The notes beneath the pieces are model-generated. The model had not been told where the DNA came from. It made no database searches and saw nothing but the letters and a program-made list of their open reading frames with translations. Below are positions 9,095-19,247 of a DNA stretch of 64,000 nt, one piece after another. The stretch lies in contig CBDCTK010000002.1 of NCBI GenBank assembly GCA_965222225.1, positions 3,392,001 through 3,456,000 of the forward strand, written 5' to 3'. Numbering within the stretch: the stretch's first letter is position 1; each line of letters starts with the position of its first letter. The DNA is from Candidatus Poribacteria bacterium (GTDB lineage Bacteria; Poribacteria; WGA-4E; JAJDTR01). The position numbers and the translations under genes are program-made.

Positions 9095-11065
9095 TCACCA
9101 GAACTGATAAATCCAGAAAACGTAGGTCTGCGTCTTGAAGATTATACTTATCCCGTTCAACACGGTAACGACGACATACTCTCCCAACACTAAACCGATA
9201 AAGAACGGAATTGCCTTGCGGTACAACCTCAACCCGCCATACCGGATGAGAGCCAATTTGACGGAGGAACTCAGCACCAAGCAAAACCAAATGTAGTCCG
9301 TGCCAATAAGGTTGGTCGACAGGGCGTATCCTGCCGGGTGAAGTGGCCACCAGATGAACTGTCTTCGCAGGAACATTAGAAACAGGGTCAGCGTAAATCC
9401 TGCCCCCATTCCGCCAATCGCGGCGAAATTGGAGCCTGTTGGATTGCTCATCCGCGCGTCCAGTTGACTGTATATCACACCTCCAAACCATTTCAATGGC
9501 AGATTCAGGCGCCGGTAGCAGCCGTCAAGCATGATCCAGAAACTGACGATGGTGCCAGCAAAAATTGCAAGTATCATGGCTAGGGCAATCCGTTTTGTCT
9601 GCATGCCAGTTTGCTCAGCCATTTTGAACCCCTCAAGCTGATGCGGCATGGGATGGCTGCGCCAGGACCGGTTAAACCACCAAAACATGGAAAACATCGT
9701 CAAGTTGCCCGCTCCAAGTGGGCGCGTACCCATCACATCGGTTAATATATTCTGAGGTGTTACGTAGGTGAGTTCATGGAATGGAGGTCCCAACTCCGCT
9801 CTCATGCGTGCGATGGCGGTGGCAAACGCAAAGTACAGCGCAAAGAACAGGATGATGATACTGATTGACATGCCCGCCCGATAAGAAAAGAATAGCAAAA
9901 ACGTCCCACAACATAAAATTCCCATGATTCCCCATCGGTAAGATGAGGACTCTTGAGATTCATCCCGGGCGGCTTTGTTATTGAAAGCGTTAAGCGCCAC
10001 TTCCTTCAGATGTTTTCGGGTCATCCAGATCAGTACAACCGCAAAACCGATCCAAGCGCCGGAGGATTGTTCGTTGAGATAAGGAAAATTCGGTATACTC
10101 TGTAAACCGAAGGTAGCTGTGAGAACCCGCTGTACCTTCCGAAACAGATAGAAAAACCAGATGGAGAACGAGAGATCCAGCGGCAGGAAAAAGCTGAGAC
10201 CAATGATAAAGGGATAGAATGTGAAGGGCATCCAGCCGATTGCACTCCACGGCTTGGATGTGAATAGATGACCAATGTCATTAAACTTGATTGACACATG
10301 TGGCAGCGTCGGGAAGAAAAAGTTCAGACTGTTCATGATGTCAACGGAAGCCGCCACACCGAAACCTACCCACAGCATGCCGTTCTTGAAAAGCGATACC
10401 GAGCCGCCGTCTTTCGTAATTGTCAAGGGCAATTGAATGATGGGGTACACCAGTTTTTCCCTTTGCGTCCACTGCTTCTTCACCAGAATATTGATGCACA
10501 GCATCATCAATAACAGCGCGCAAATAAACGTCGACCACCATATGACTGGTCTCATCCATGCGGAAAGATTTCGGGTTGTGTACAACGTTGAATCCGCGTT
10601 GTAAAATCCATTGAGCACGCTCCTGTCGTTCACCGTCAGCCATTCCGGGATGTAAGCGAACAATTGATGCCACTCATTCTCTGGAGTAGCGAACCAAAAC
10701 AGATGGGAAATCCCCGCAAAAAGTACCTGTATGAAATCGTGGGAGGCGATGGAAACACCAAGGTTCAACATGATGAATATGGTGAGGAGCTCCCCTTGGT
10801 TTAGTGTCGTTCTCGGCGAAATCCTTCGGAGACAGAGGTTAATGAGAATGATGACCAGCAAACTGATAGTCGTATTCATGAACAACGATATCAGTGTAAT
10901 CATCCCGGAATACCATACCCCCTCTATCTGTATCACCCAGTAGACGTTGACCGGTAGAAGGATGATGCCAATCCATATTGCTCGCCAGGTCACGCCAACT
11001 GGTTGCAGATCGCTCCCACGAGTCAAGTCACCCGGAGATTTTTGACTATTGCGGGATTTGTCCAT
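9095..11065 (-). CDS. DUF6785/DUF6784-type multi-pass membrane protein (putative transporter)
   Basis: QWTQREKLVYPIIQLP, ARMRAELG, WPLHPAGY, LRLYRKAIPFFIGLVLG; paralogs at 29509 and 54539. Confidence 0.75.
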   Translation of the reverse strand: MDKSRNSQKSPGDLTRGSDLQPVGVTWRAIWIGIILLPVNVYWVIQIEGVWYSGMITLISLFMNTTISLLVIILINLCLRRISPRTTLNQGELLTIFIMLNLGVSIASHDFIQVLFAGISHLFWFATPENEWHQLFAYIPEWLTVNDRSVLNGFYNADSTLYTTRNLSAWMRPVIWWSTFICALLLMMLCINILVKKQWTQREKLVYPIIQLPLTITKDGGSVSLFKNGMLWVGFGVAASVDIMNSLNFFFPTLPHVSIKFNDIGHLFTSKPWSAIGWMPFTFYPFIIGLSFFLPLDLSFSIWFFYLFRKVQRVLTATFGLQSIPNFPYLNEQSSGAWIGFAVVLIWMTRKHLKEVALNAFNNKAARDESQESSSYRWGIMGILCCGTFLLFFSYRAGMSISIIILFFALYFAFATAIARMRAELGPPFHELTYVTPQNILTDVMGTRPLGAGNLTMFSMFWWFNRSWRSHPMPHQLEGFKMAEQTGMQTKRIALAMILAIFAGTIVSFWIMLDGCYRRLNLPLKWFGGVIYSQLDARMSNPTGSNFAAIGGMGAGFTLTLFLMFLRRQFIWWPLHPAGYALSTNLIGTDYIWFCLVLSSSVKLALIRYGGLRLYRKAIPFFIGLVLGEYVVVTVLNGISIIFKTQTYVFWIYQFW

Positions 11066-11265
11066 TAGGGCTTTCCTTGGTCTATAGGTCTGTAGTTTTG
11101 GGAGGCCGTTTGAAGTCTCAAGTGGGTTGAAGGTGGGAAAATGGAAAGGGGAGGATTGGAAGAAACGGCGCTGTTAAACTATTTCTTGGATTATCGCAAC
11201 CGGGAAATCGGACCTAGGAAGTGATAAAGCGACTCGGATTAAGAAACAATGTATACAGCTACCCG

Positions 11266-12429
11266 TTACCAATCCGCCACGCTACCGTCGGTCTCATGGT
11301 AGTATTCACCCCCCAGCTCCTCCTCATAGGTGTCGAGATTCCGTTCCGCCGCTTCCGGATTAATCTCGAAGCCAAGACCGGGTTTGGTCGGCAACGTAAT
11401 GTGCCCATCTTCTACAAGCCAATCCTCCGTGAACAACCCGGTGCCTACGGCTCTGTCGGTTTGTTCCTGAATCAAAAAGTTTGGTATTACCGCATCAACG
11501 TGCAACGACGCTGAAAACGCCACGGGACCAATCGCGCAATGAGGTGCCACGTGCATGTAGTAAACCTCTGCCATATTGGCAATCTTCTTGAGTTCCGTGA
11601 TGCCGCCGGCATGGGACACGTCCGGTTGGATATAAGCGACTGCTTGCTTCTCAAAGATTTCACGGAATCCCCACCGTGTCAAGAGACGTTCGCCCGTGGC
11701 AATCGGGAAGGTAACGCCGTCCGAGACGAGCTTCAGTGCATCTATATTTTCTTGGGGCACCGGTTCCTCCACGAACATCGGGCGCATTTCCCTCAATTCG
11801 TGGCAGATTTCGATGGCAAGCGCTGGAGTCATCTTGCCGTGGAAATCAAAGGCAAGCTCGACATCGGGCCCAACCCATTCTCGCATCAAATAGGCTCGCT
11901 CGACAAATGCATCAATAACCGCCGGTGGTTCATGACCCCGCCACATGCCGCCCGGACCTGACTTGAAAGCGGTGTACCCTCCCATTTCCCGCAGCATGTC
12001 GAGACGTTCCCTCGCACAGGCTTTTCCGTCGTCACTCATACTGTCAATCCCCCAGTGGGCGTAGACCCGAATCCGATCTCGTACTGCATCGCCCAACAAC
12101 TTGTACGTCGGCACACCGTAATGTTTTCCCGCGATATCCCACAATGCCTGATCTATACCTGACAAGGCGCTCATAAGGATATTTCCGCCGCGATAGAAAG
12201 CAGACCGGTAGATGTGCTGCCAGTGGTGTTCACTGAGCAACGGGTTTTGACCGATGAGGTAATCCGACAACTCTTCGACTGCGGCGATTGTGCTCTTGGG
12301 TTTACCCTCAAGCGTCGTTTCGCCCCATCCCACAATGCCGTCGTCCGTCGTGATTCTGACAAGGCGCGTCCGGTGACGCGGAAAGAATTGTTCAATCTTA
12401 ACGATTTTCAATGCGTGGGCTCCTTGCAA
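11266..12429 (-). CDS. dgoD: Galactonate dehydratase-like enzyme (mandelate racemase/enolase superfamily)
   Basis: GWGETTLEG, SALSGIDQALWDIAGK, DFHGK, FVEEP, ATGERL, QPDVSHAGGITE, APHC. Confidence 0.75.
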   Translation of the reverse strand: MQGAHALKIVKIEQFFPRHRTRLVRITTDDGIVGWGETTLEGKPKSTIAAVEELSDYLIGQNPLLSEHHWQHIYRSAFYRGGNILMSALSGIDQALWDIAGKHYGVPTYKLLGDAVRDRIRVYAHWGIDSMSDDGKACARERLDMLREMGGYTAFKSGPGGMWRGHEPPAVIDAFVERAYLMREWVGPDVELAFDFHGKMTPALAIEICHELREMRPMFVEEPVPQENIDALKLVSDGVTFPIATGERLLTRWGFREIFEKQAVAYIQPDVSHAGGITELKKIANMAEVYYMHVAPHCAIGPVAFSASLHVDAVIPNFLIQEQTDRAVGTGLFTEDWLVEDGHITLPTKPGLGFEINPEAAERNLDTYEEELGGEYYHETDGSVADW

Positions 12430-12478
12430 CGTTATTTGCGTGTTAGCAATATGAAAACATCATTCGAATTGGTCAGAC

Positions 12479-13315
12479 TCAATTATCCGCTTGCAGCCTT
12501 TGGGAGGCGGAGTAGCCGCCGTCAACCGGCAGGATGGCGCCCGTAATAAAGGAAGCATCCTCCGAGACCAAAAAGAGATCGACTCTGGCAATCTCGTCGG
12601 GAGCTGCCAATCGATTCATGGGCATGACGGCAGAGTGTTTTTTGTAGGCCTCCTCAGATTCTGTAAGCGGGCGCCCCATGCCCTCCGTTGTTACCCAACC
12701 GGGAGCAATAGCATTGACGCGGATGTTGCGTTTCGCCGTTTCCATAGCAAAGTACCTGGTAATGTGGTTAACCATACGCTTGGATAGCAGGTAAGCTACT
12801 AGCGAGTCGTTGACAATCCCGATAAGCGGACACGACCAGTCATCAAGTTCCTCCTTCATTGCCGCCTTTAGTCTCAGAGATGCTTCGTCATCCTCGTCAT
12901 AAACTGTCCATGCCGTGGAGGTACTGATAATTGTGCCGCCATCTCCTGTGAGCATGGCTTCAACACCATATTTGCACCCATAGTAAACTCCTTGCACATT
13001 CACCCGAATCACCTCTTCCCATGAGGGGTAGTCCGCTCCCAACCCTGCGTTGTTGATGACGATATCCAATCTTCCATAGGAATCAAGGGCAGTTCCGATG
13101 CTTGCTCGCACGTCTTCCTCAACCGCCACATTGGTTTTCACAAACACAGCTTGTCCACCCATATCTATTATCTCTTTGGCAACTTTCTCTCCCCTCTCCT
13201 CATGCATATCCGCCACAATTATATTCGCCCCTTCAGATGCAAAACGTATCGCCACGGCTCTCCCCATTCCTGAACCGGCGCCGGTCACCCATGCAGTTTT
13301 CCCATCCAATTTCAT
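12479..13315 (-). CDS. Short-chain dehydrogenase/reductase
   Basis: TGAGSGMG, NNAG, YLLSK, IRVNAIAPG, VDGG. Confidence 0.9.
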   Translation of the reverse strand: MKLDGKTAWVTGAGSGMGRAVAIRFASEGANIIVADMHEERGEKVAKEIIDMGGQAVFVKTNVAVEEDVRASIGTALDSYGRLDIVINNAGLGADYPSWEEVIRVNVQGVYYGCKYGVEAMLTGDGGTIISTSTAWTVYDEDDEASLRLKAAMKEELDDWSCPLIGIVNDSLVAYLLSKRMVNHITRYFAMETAKRNIRVNAIAPGWVTTEGMGRPLTESEEAYKKHSAVMPMNRLAAPDEIARVDLFLVSEDASFITGAILPVDGGYSASQRLQADN

Positions 13316-13420
13316 CTCAAATCTCCCTTGGGTAAATCTTGATTTTCTCTCTGTTATAGACTACGCACAACCAATCTCGTCACTTGCTAATGGAATACGT
13401 CATTGGCCACTATTGTGCCG

Positions 13421-16234
13421 TCAACGTTTCATCAGATAACGAATGAGGCAATCCAACAGATATTCCGCCTCAGGCCGCGCTTCAAGTAAGCGCATCCCCG
13501 TCCCCAAAAGAAAGCCGGCACCCACCTTGGCTTCGAACAGATGGGCGACCAGTTTTGGAAGCGCTTCGGTGTCCCGTGTGCAACGAATAATTCCCGGCAC
13601 GACGGGTTCAATGGCGATGTCGCTTTCGCGCGGAAGCACCGCTTGGTCCAGGAGGAAGCGGAATTGCCACGAAGCATACCCATCATGGGGAAAATTCCCG
13701 AGTGCAGGATGGTGTTCCACGATGGCTCCAAGATTGCGATTTCCGGACACATACCAACCTGGCCAAAACCCCGTTTGTATATGCGAAAAGTCCCCAACCG
13801 ACAGCGCGAGGGCGCGTCCACCCGAATCCAAATAATCACGCACCAGATGTAGTTCCGACACGACTGCCAATGCTGCATCGTTAAGCGAATCCGCAAACCG
13901 TTTTGAAGGATAGAGACGCCGTAACGCCGTGCGAACGCGCTCATCGACAAAAATCCTCTCGGATTCCAGGTCTATGGGTACAGGCCTCGGAAAGAACCAC
14001 AGCGACCACCGATTATCGAGAACCTTCCCTTCTGTCTCAAGTCGAACGGTCAACTCTGCTTTGCAAGGTTGAGAACGGCGCACCGCTGGTATTGTCGTTT
14101 GTCCACACGTCGAAAGCGAAAAAGGGCGTACAGCCACAGACTCGAACGCTCCTGCAGCCAACACTTCGCCGTCGCTATCAAGCGTCCAATCCAAACGGGC
14201 CTTGCGGATGGGAAATACGGAGAAATCGTGGACGAGGAATTCTACTTCCACATCTTCGTCCATATAGTATGTATAGTTCGGAATGACCGGTGAACCGCTG
14301 CGACCACTCGTCGGAAGATTCACAAGAATAGAAGATGCGCTGTTGTAGCGGTGACTTTCTGCCGCAGTCGTCCCCTTCTCTTCGAGAAACTGGTTCAGCA
14401 CCCCCCAAGTCATCGCATTCGGTGTCGTATCGCTCCATGCACAATTGCTGTAACCACCTTTGTGTGGCTGTCTGCGACAAATCTCAATTCCCTCTTTAGT
14501 ATACAGTCCTTGCAAGGCGTAGGAGCTACGCAGATACCGCGGAAAGTCTTCGAGCAACCCTTCTCTCCCCAACCAGTCCTGCATTCCTTGAAGGTAGGTT
14601 GGCGCAATCATGCCTCCCGAATAATTGGTGATAATTCCAATATCTGGCAGTGTGGGAAGATTCAGGTATTCATGCATAACAACCGGCTTGAGTTTATCCT
14701 CCGGATGTACCTCGGACGTTTCTTCCATGTATTCCTGCCAAGATTTGCCGTGGTTGCGAGGGTGAACGAGACGGAGGTCGTTTGTTGGTCGGGGCGGATT
14801 GTCCGGCCATACGCCGTCGGAATCCATTGCAAGCCGTGTGGGATCCCACTCCTTCACCAGATGATAGAGGCGTGTGAGCCGCGGACTCCCTTCCCATGTT
14901 TCATTGCTCAGCTCGTAGGCGAACAAACTGGGATGGTTAAAGAAGCAACTTACAACCTCCGAGAGTTGCCGCGCGAGAAATTCATCCCCATACGACGCAA
15001 ACTTTGGATTGTTGCTCACGTAGTCAAGAGAAGGTTGAACGGCAATCCCGACCTCATCCGCAATCTGGAAGAATTCGTCCGGCAGAATCCACGGTGTGCG
15101 AAGGTAGTTGTAGCCGTATGCCACGAATTTGGAGAGGTACCGCCGCCATTCTTCTCTGTCGACAGGCGGAGAAAGCGTCCGTGCACAGAACCAGTTGCAG
15201 TGCTGACCACGAATGTAGAACGGCCGGTTGTTCAAATACACTTTATCTTTCCGGACTTCCAACTTACGCATACCAAATCGATCTGAATACGAATCAACTA
15301 TTTTTCCATCAATCCAAAGTTCCGAATCGATTCGATACAATTGTGGCTGCTCGGGGGACCACAAGCGAACCGGCTGAATCTTCACCGATGCCCTAACTTC
15401 CGTCGCCTGATTCGCTGCCATGTCAAGTCCCGTTTCCGCAGTGAACTGTTCCCCGTCAGTCAAACTCGTCAGTACGATTCGGAGTTCGCCCGTGAGAGTC
15501 GCAGATGTAGCGTTCAAGACACGAATCTCCGCCCGCGCACATTCGGCGTCAATGTCAGGTATTACGCGCAGAGATTCTATCCAGGAGGGACCAGCCGCTT
15601 CAAGTTCAACACTGTGATACAGCCCGCCCCAGCGCGAATAATGATTCAGGTGGCTGAACAGCGCCATGTTCTCCTCGCGGTTGTCAATCTTCACCACAAC
15701 ACGGTTTTCTTCGCCGTACGCAATCCAGTCGGTTACATCAAACCGCATTGGTGTTCCATTCGCCGAGCGCGCCGCAACGAATCGTCCATTGAGCCAAAGC
15801 CGCAGATTCGGCATAACGCCACCAAAGGTGAGGAAGGTGCGGCGCCCTCGCCAGTCGGCGGGCACCTTCACCTGCCGACAATACCAAGCAGCTCCAAAAT
15901 AGCTGCCTCTGAGCCTAACGTGCAGCGCCGGTTTCATCGGTCCGGTGGCTTGTGCCTTGAATGATGCCGTTGAGCTTCCTCCAACCCCTTGGGCGTTCCA
16001 ATTCCCGGGGACTTGAACCCGATCTGAAAATCGGTTCGGATCAATGTACCATTTGTCCTTCTCGCCTATATCGTCGGAATCGACCGCAAATGCCCACTCC
16101 CCATCCAGCCGTATCAACGGACGGTGCTCTGACTGCCACATCAAGCGCACTCGCCCTGCCTGAGTCAAGAATCCGTTCTCCCCGCCGATTCCAACTGTTT
16201 CTTGTCCCTGCATATCAGTCATTGTTAATTTCAA
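13421..16234 (-). CDS. Glycoside hydrolase family 2
   Basis: LDGEWAF, VQVPGNW, LWSPEQPQLY, FGMRKLEV, NHPSLFAYELSNE (acid/base) and MHEY (nucleophile). Confidence 0.85.
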   Translation of the reverse strand: MKLTMTDMQGQETVGIGGENGFLTQAGRVRLMWQSEHRPLIRLDGEWAFAVDSDDIGEKDKWYIDPNRFSDRVQVPGNWNAQGVGGSSTASFKAQATGPMKPALHVRLRGSYFGAAWYCRQVKVPADWRGRRTFLTFGGVMPNLRLWLNGRFVAARSANGTPMRFDVTDWIAYGEENRVVVKIDNREENMALFSHLNHYSRWGGLYHSVELEAAGPSWIESLRVIPDIDAECARAEIRVLNATSATLTGELRIVLTSLTDGEQFTAETGLDMAANQATEVRASVKIQPVRLWSPEQPQLYRIDSELWIDGKIVDSYSDRFGMRKLEVRKDKVYLNNRPFYIRGQHCNWFCARTLSPPVDREEWRRYLSKFVAYGYNYLRTPWILPDEFFQIADEVGIAVQPSLDYVSNNPKFASYGDEFLARQLSEVVSCFFNHPSLFAYELSNETWEGSPRLTRLYHLVKEWDPTRLAMDSDGVWPDNPPRPTNDLRLVHPRNHGKSWQEYMEETSEVHPEDKLKPVVMHEYLNLPTLPDIGIITNYSGGMIAPTYLQGMQDWLGREGLLEDFPRYLRSSYALQGLYTKEGIEICRRQPHKGGYSNCAWSDTTPNAMTWGVLNQFLEEKGTTAAESHRYNSASSILVNLPTSGRSGSPVIPNYTYYMDEDVEVEFLVHDFSVFPIRKARLDWTLDSDGEVLAAGAFESVAVRPFSLSTCGQTTIPAVRRSQPCKAELTVRLETEGKVLDNRWSLWFFPRPVPIDLESERIFVDERVRTALRRLYPSKRFADSLNDAALAVVSELHLVRDYLDSGGRALALSVGDFSHIQTGFWPGWYVSGNRNLGAIVEHHPALGNFPHDGYASWQFRFLLDQAVLPRESDIAIEPVVPGIIRCTRDTEALPKLVAHLFEAKVGAGFLLGTGMRLLEARPEAEYLLDCLIRYLMKR

Positions 16235-18488
16235 TCGCCAACTACGTTGTCAGACATTTCTTCACCAAGTTTTCCCAAGATTTCAGTTCCGTAATCGTGC
16301 AGATACCTTGAGATGCTGGGCCACCACCCTCGGTGTTGGGAATTTCTCGAATCCATTGCCGCCTGTAATGCTTGCTCAAGTTGGACACTAACTTCCTTCT
16401 TATCCTCGGCATGTTCCGTTGCGGCAAATTCCGTTTTAAGTGATTCCGCCTTCTGAAAAAAATTATACATCAATTCTTCGTCGGCCATAACCCTTTGGAG
16501 TTCATTGGAAATGTGGGCTTTTATCCTCTTTATGCCTCCCTCGGTATTAACAAAACTTGATGCAGATTGGAAAAGCGCCAATACCTGTTCCATCGCCTCC
16601 TTGCTGGAATAAGAATATGAATTTTCTGATAATCAAATCGATCTCCGTATTTTTCTAGTATCGGGCGAATGTATTGCTTGTGAATCGAATCCCTCAGATG
16701 TGGACCATAGGTGCCATACGGCAAGTTTAATAAGCAGGAATGATCTTCAAGTAGAAAATAGGCTTTCACTAGGTAATCAATCCCTTTTCCATGAACGCCG
16801 TAGAAGTTCGTTACAAAATCTCTGAAGAAATCTTCCTCTGTCATCATGGGGTTCCAACTCGCCATTGAGATGTAGCTTGCCAGATGCTCGTATCCACATA
16901 ACCGCCAATATCCAGCGTGAAAGCCATCAAAACCGTGTTGAATCGCTTTGATAAACCCCAATCTCGCCGGGATTACCCCGCCCTGTGGGTAGTCCTGAAT
17001 CATATCAAAGCCAATCGCCGTATTGAAAATCCTGTCGTATGAACCCGTGAATCCCGGAACGGCGTCGTCTATTCTATCGGGCAACGCCCAATCTGAGTGC
17101 GAAAAGTTGGTCAAAACAATCATATCCGACGGCAAAATCTGATCCAGAAAAGGATACAGACTCGTCATGACCGTGGCGCCGAACCCAAGATGTGCCGGTT
17201 GTAAAGATGTCAAAAATTCGGGATGTTTCAACAAGGATTCATTCAGTAGAGCGACATGTTCAAACCGCTCATAACCTGTGAGATGATACCCGCCTTTTCT
17301 TAGCGAATCGTAGTCAATTCCGTAGGCATCCCTGTATTTGTCAATGAAACTGACGCAGTCCGAATTGCCGCACGCCGCGGGCGCCTCCCCCGACCACACA
17401 AAAAGATAATCTGCATCTGGAAAGGTTTCTCTCAATGTTCTGACCTTCATCCTTTCCATTTCTTGAAGCACCGGATCTGTCACATCACGCCAATCGGGAG
17501 TATCCTTATCGCTCAATTCGCCAAAATTGTCCCGTATCTCAGGCGGAACGTTCGTCAAATCGATGCCAACGGCAACCACAAATCCCCGTTTTTTTGCATA
17601 AGCCATTGCTTGTCTGAGAATACTCGTACTTCTTGGCAACCCTTCCTTTACCGTTCCAAGACCCTTGTATTCGAAATGCCAATACTGCGGGATGAAGTCG
17701 TGCCCTGGCAAATAGATGTAATTCAAGCCGAAGTGGATATAGTTAAATCTCAATTTTGCCATCTGATCTAAAAATCGCGCATAGTCATTCCACTGCACAA
17801 ACCCATAATCCATATACGGTTCTTTGAAAGGATAATCAGCAGGCTGTTTCTTCGTGTAGTCAATCACGTCCATGTTGAGAAAGTTGTTCAGACCCCTTAT
17901 TCTAAAGTATGGCTTCTCTCTGAAATCCAGGACTGGAAGTGAAAACGGGTTTGGGTTATCAGGCAAGACATCGCCAGTTGAGTAGAATCTGATGCCATAC
18001 AGTTGTAAGAATTCGTATACCCCATACAACACACCATTTTCATTGCTCCCGCCAATGAGAATGACATTTTGGTTTTTACAACAGGTTGCGCTCCTTATTA
18101 TGTAACCATCGCCGCCCGGGGTCTCTTCATCAAACGGCACGCTGTCACGAGCCAATAACTCCACCAGTAATGGATTCGATTGCGGAGTGCCGAGGATTAT
18201 CGCTGGCTGGTGTACCGAACCTTTCGCAAGGTTTCGCCCATGTTCCTTCGATATGTTGATGTCGAAAAGCAGTCTGAGGTATTTGACCAATTCATCTGAT
18301 GCGTATGATTCGAGATCCGTCGTCGCTTCACCAACCACGACTACCATGCGTTGCACGGGAATCGCCCTAGTCCAGTCTATGTTTTTCTTGCAGTTCATAA
18401 TTTGTAGCTCGCAAGATGCAGGTTTTGGAAATGACAAAGCCGTGATCAGTATGGGGATAAGCGACATCCCCGCCGCGATTTTCATCAT
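16231..18488 (-). pseudogene. Secreted glycoside-hydrolase-like protein (GH20/GH67-type N-terminal domain), apparently split by a frameshift into ORFs 16530-18488 and 16231-16593
   Basis: Signal peptide, GDGYII, GGSNENGVLYGVYEFL, FRIRG, LDQMAKLRFN. Adding one A in the run at 16622-16625 joins the two overlapping ORFs. Confidence 0.6.
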
Positions 18489-18606
18489 TCGTTATCGTTC
18501 CTTGATAATGCCAAGACCGAACACGTCAACAATGCTTATACCATTTCGCTTGAATTATGGCGCATATGATGTCTGAATTATATAGTTCACTTTCTCCGTA
18601 GGCGGC

Positions 18607-18670
18607 ATCAAGCGACTGAACAAGGAGCGCGATAGAAATCCCATAGCAAATCCCGTGCGATAGAGATTCT
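18607..18670 (+). repeat. GA-hairpin element plus two 3' fragments
   Basis: ATCAAGCGACTGAACAAGGAGCGCGATAGAAATCCC directly after GTAGGCGGC. Confidence 0.9.
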
Positions 18671-18760
18671 TTTGCCCCGTACTGGGTAAGATTTGATTAA
18701 CGCAACTAATCCACTGCAAATATAGAGAAATGGTATAAACACCGCCAATCAAGGCAATCC
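18671..18760 (+). repeat. Dispersed repeat of about 80 bp (3 copies: 18671, 19150, 58421)
   Basis: TTGCCC...TGG...GATT(A/G)ACGC...TAA...CACTG...AAAT(G/C)GTAT shared by all three copies. Confidence 0.75.
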
Positions 18761-18819
18761 CAAAATCGTACGAATCATAGTTCAGACAATCTTCTGCCAA
18801 ACAATCAAGGGTAATCGTT

Positions 18820-19069
18820 TATAGTCATTGCAACTAAGAATTACACATGTGTTTATTAACATACCCAAATCCCCACCCATTCCCGTAGGTCGGGATCAAC
18901 CGAACGAATAGTGAGGGATCAAGGGAATGAAAAATGACCGCGATAGAGTTCCCATAGAGATCCCTTCCAGCCCGACCCGCTCAATGGGAAACGTCGCAAA
19001 CCGGGAGATTGTGAGCTAAGTCGAGTCAATCGACGCTCATATGTGTAAATATAAATGCAAACGACTATA
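18820..19069. mobile_element. Putative MITE with about 29-bp imperfect TIRs, related to 40553-40759
   Basis: Left TATAGTCATTGCAACTAAGAATTACACAT; right ATGTGTAAATATAAATGCAAACGACTATA; left end nearly identical at 40553. Confidence 0.65.
18895..18964 (+). repeat. Nested GA-hairpin elements inside the REP GTAG-GTCGGG...CCCGAC
   Basis: Units at 18895 and 18918; REP arms at 18889-18894 and 18971-18976. Confidence 0.9.
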
Positions 19070-19094
19070 GCCCATCGTTTAGTTCGTAGTAGAA

Positions 19095-19149
19095 ATCAAG
19101 CGAGTGAATAACAATCAACCGACCGGATAGGGAGTGCGATAGAGATCTT
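19095..19149 (+). repeat. GA-hairpin elements (2 units)
   Basis: Units at 19095 and 19114 after GTTCGTAGTAGAA. Confidence 0.85.
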
Positions 19150-19247
19150 CTTGCCCTGCTTGGGAAGGCTTGATTGACGCTATTAACGCACTGCGAATAC
19201 AGAGAAATGGTATTAACAATCAAAGCAAATTCTACGAAGGCTCAGGT

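Noticed and set aside
14351-15286. 311-aa plus-strand ORF and other long overlapping ORFs
   Set aside because: They are antisense to well-supported genes and show no recognisable motifs.
18607-18642. Diversity-generating retroelement TR/VR explanation for the variable positions
   Set aside because: Variable sites covary pairwise, which adenine-directed mutagenesis would not produce, and no reverse transcriptase is present in the window.
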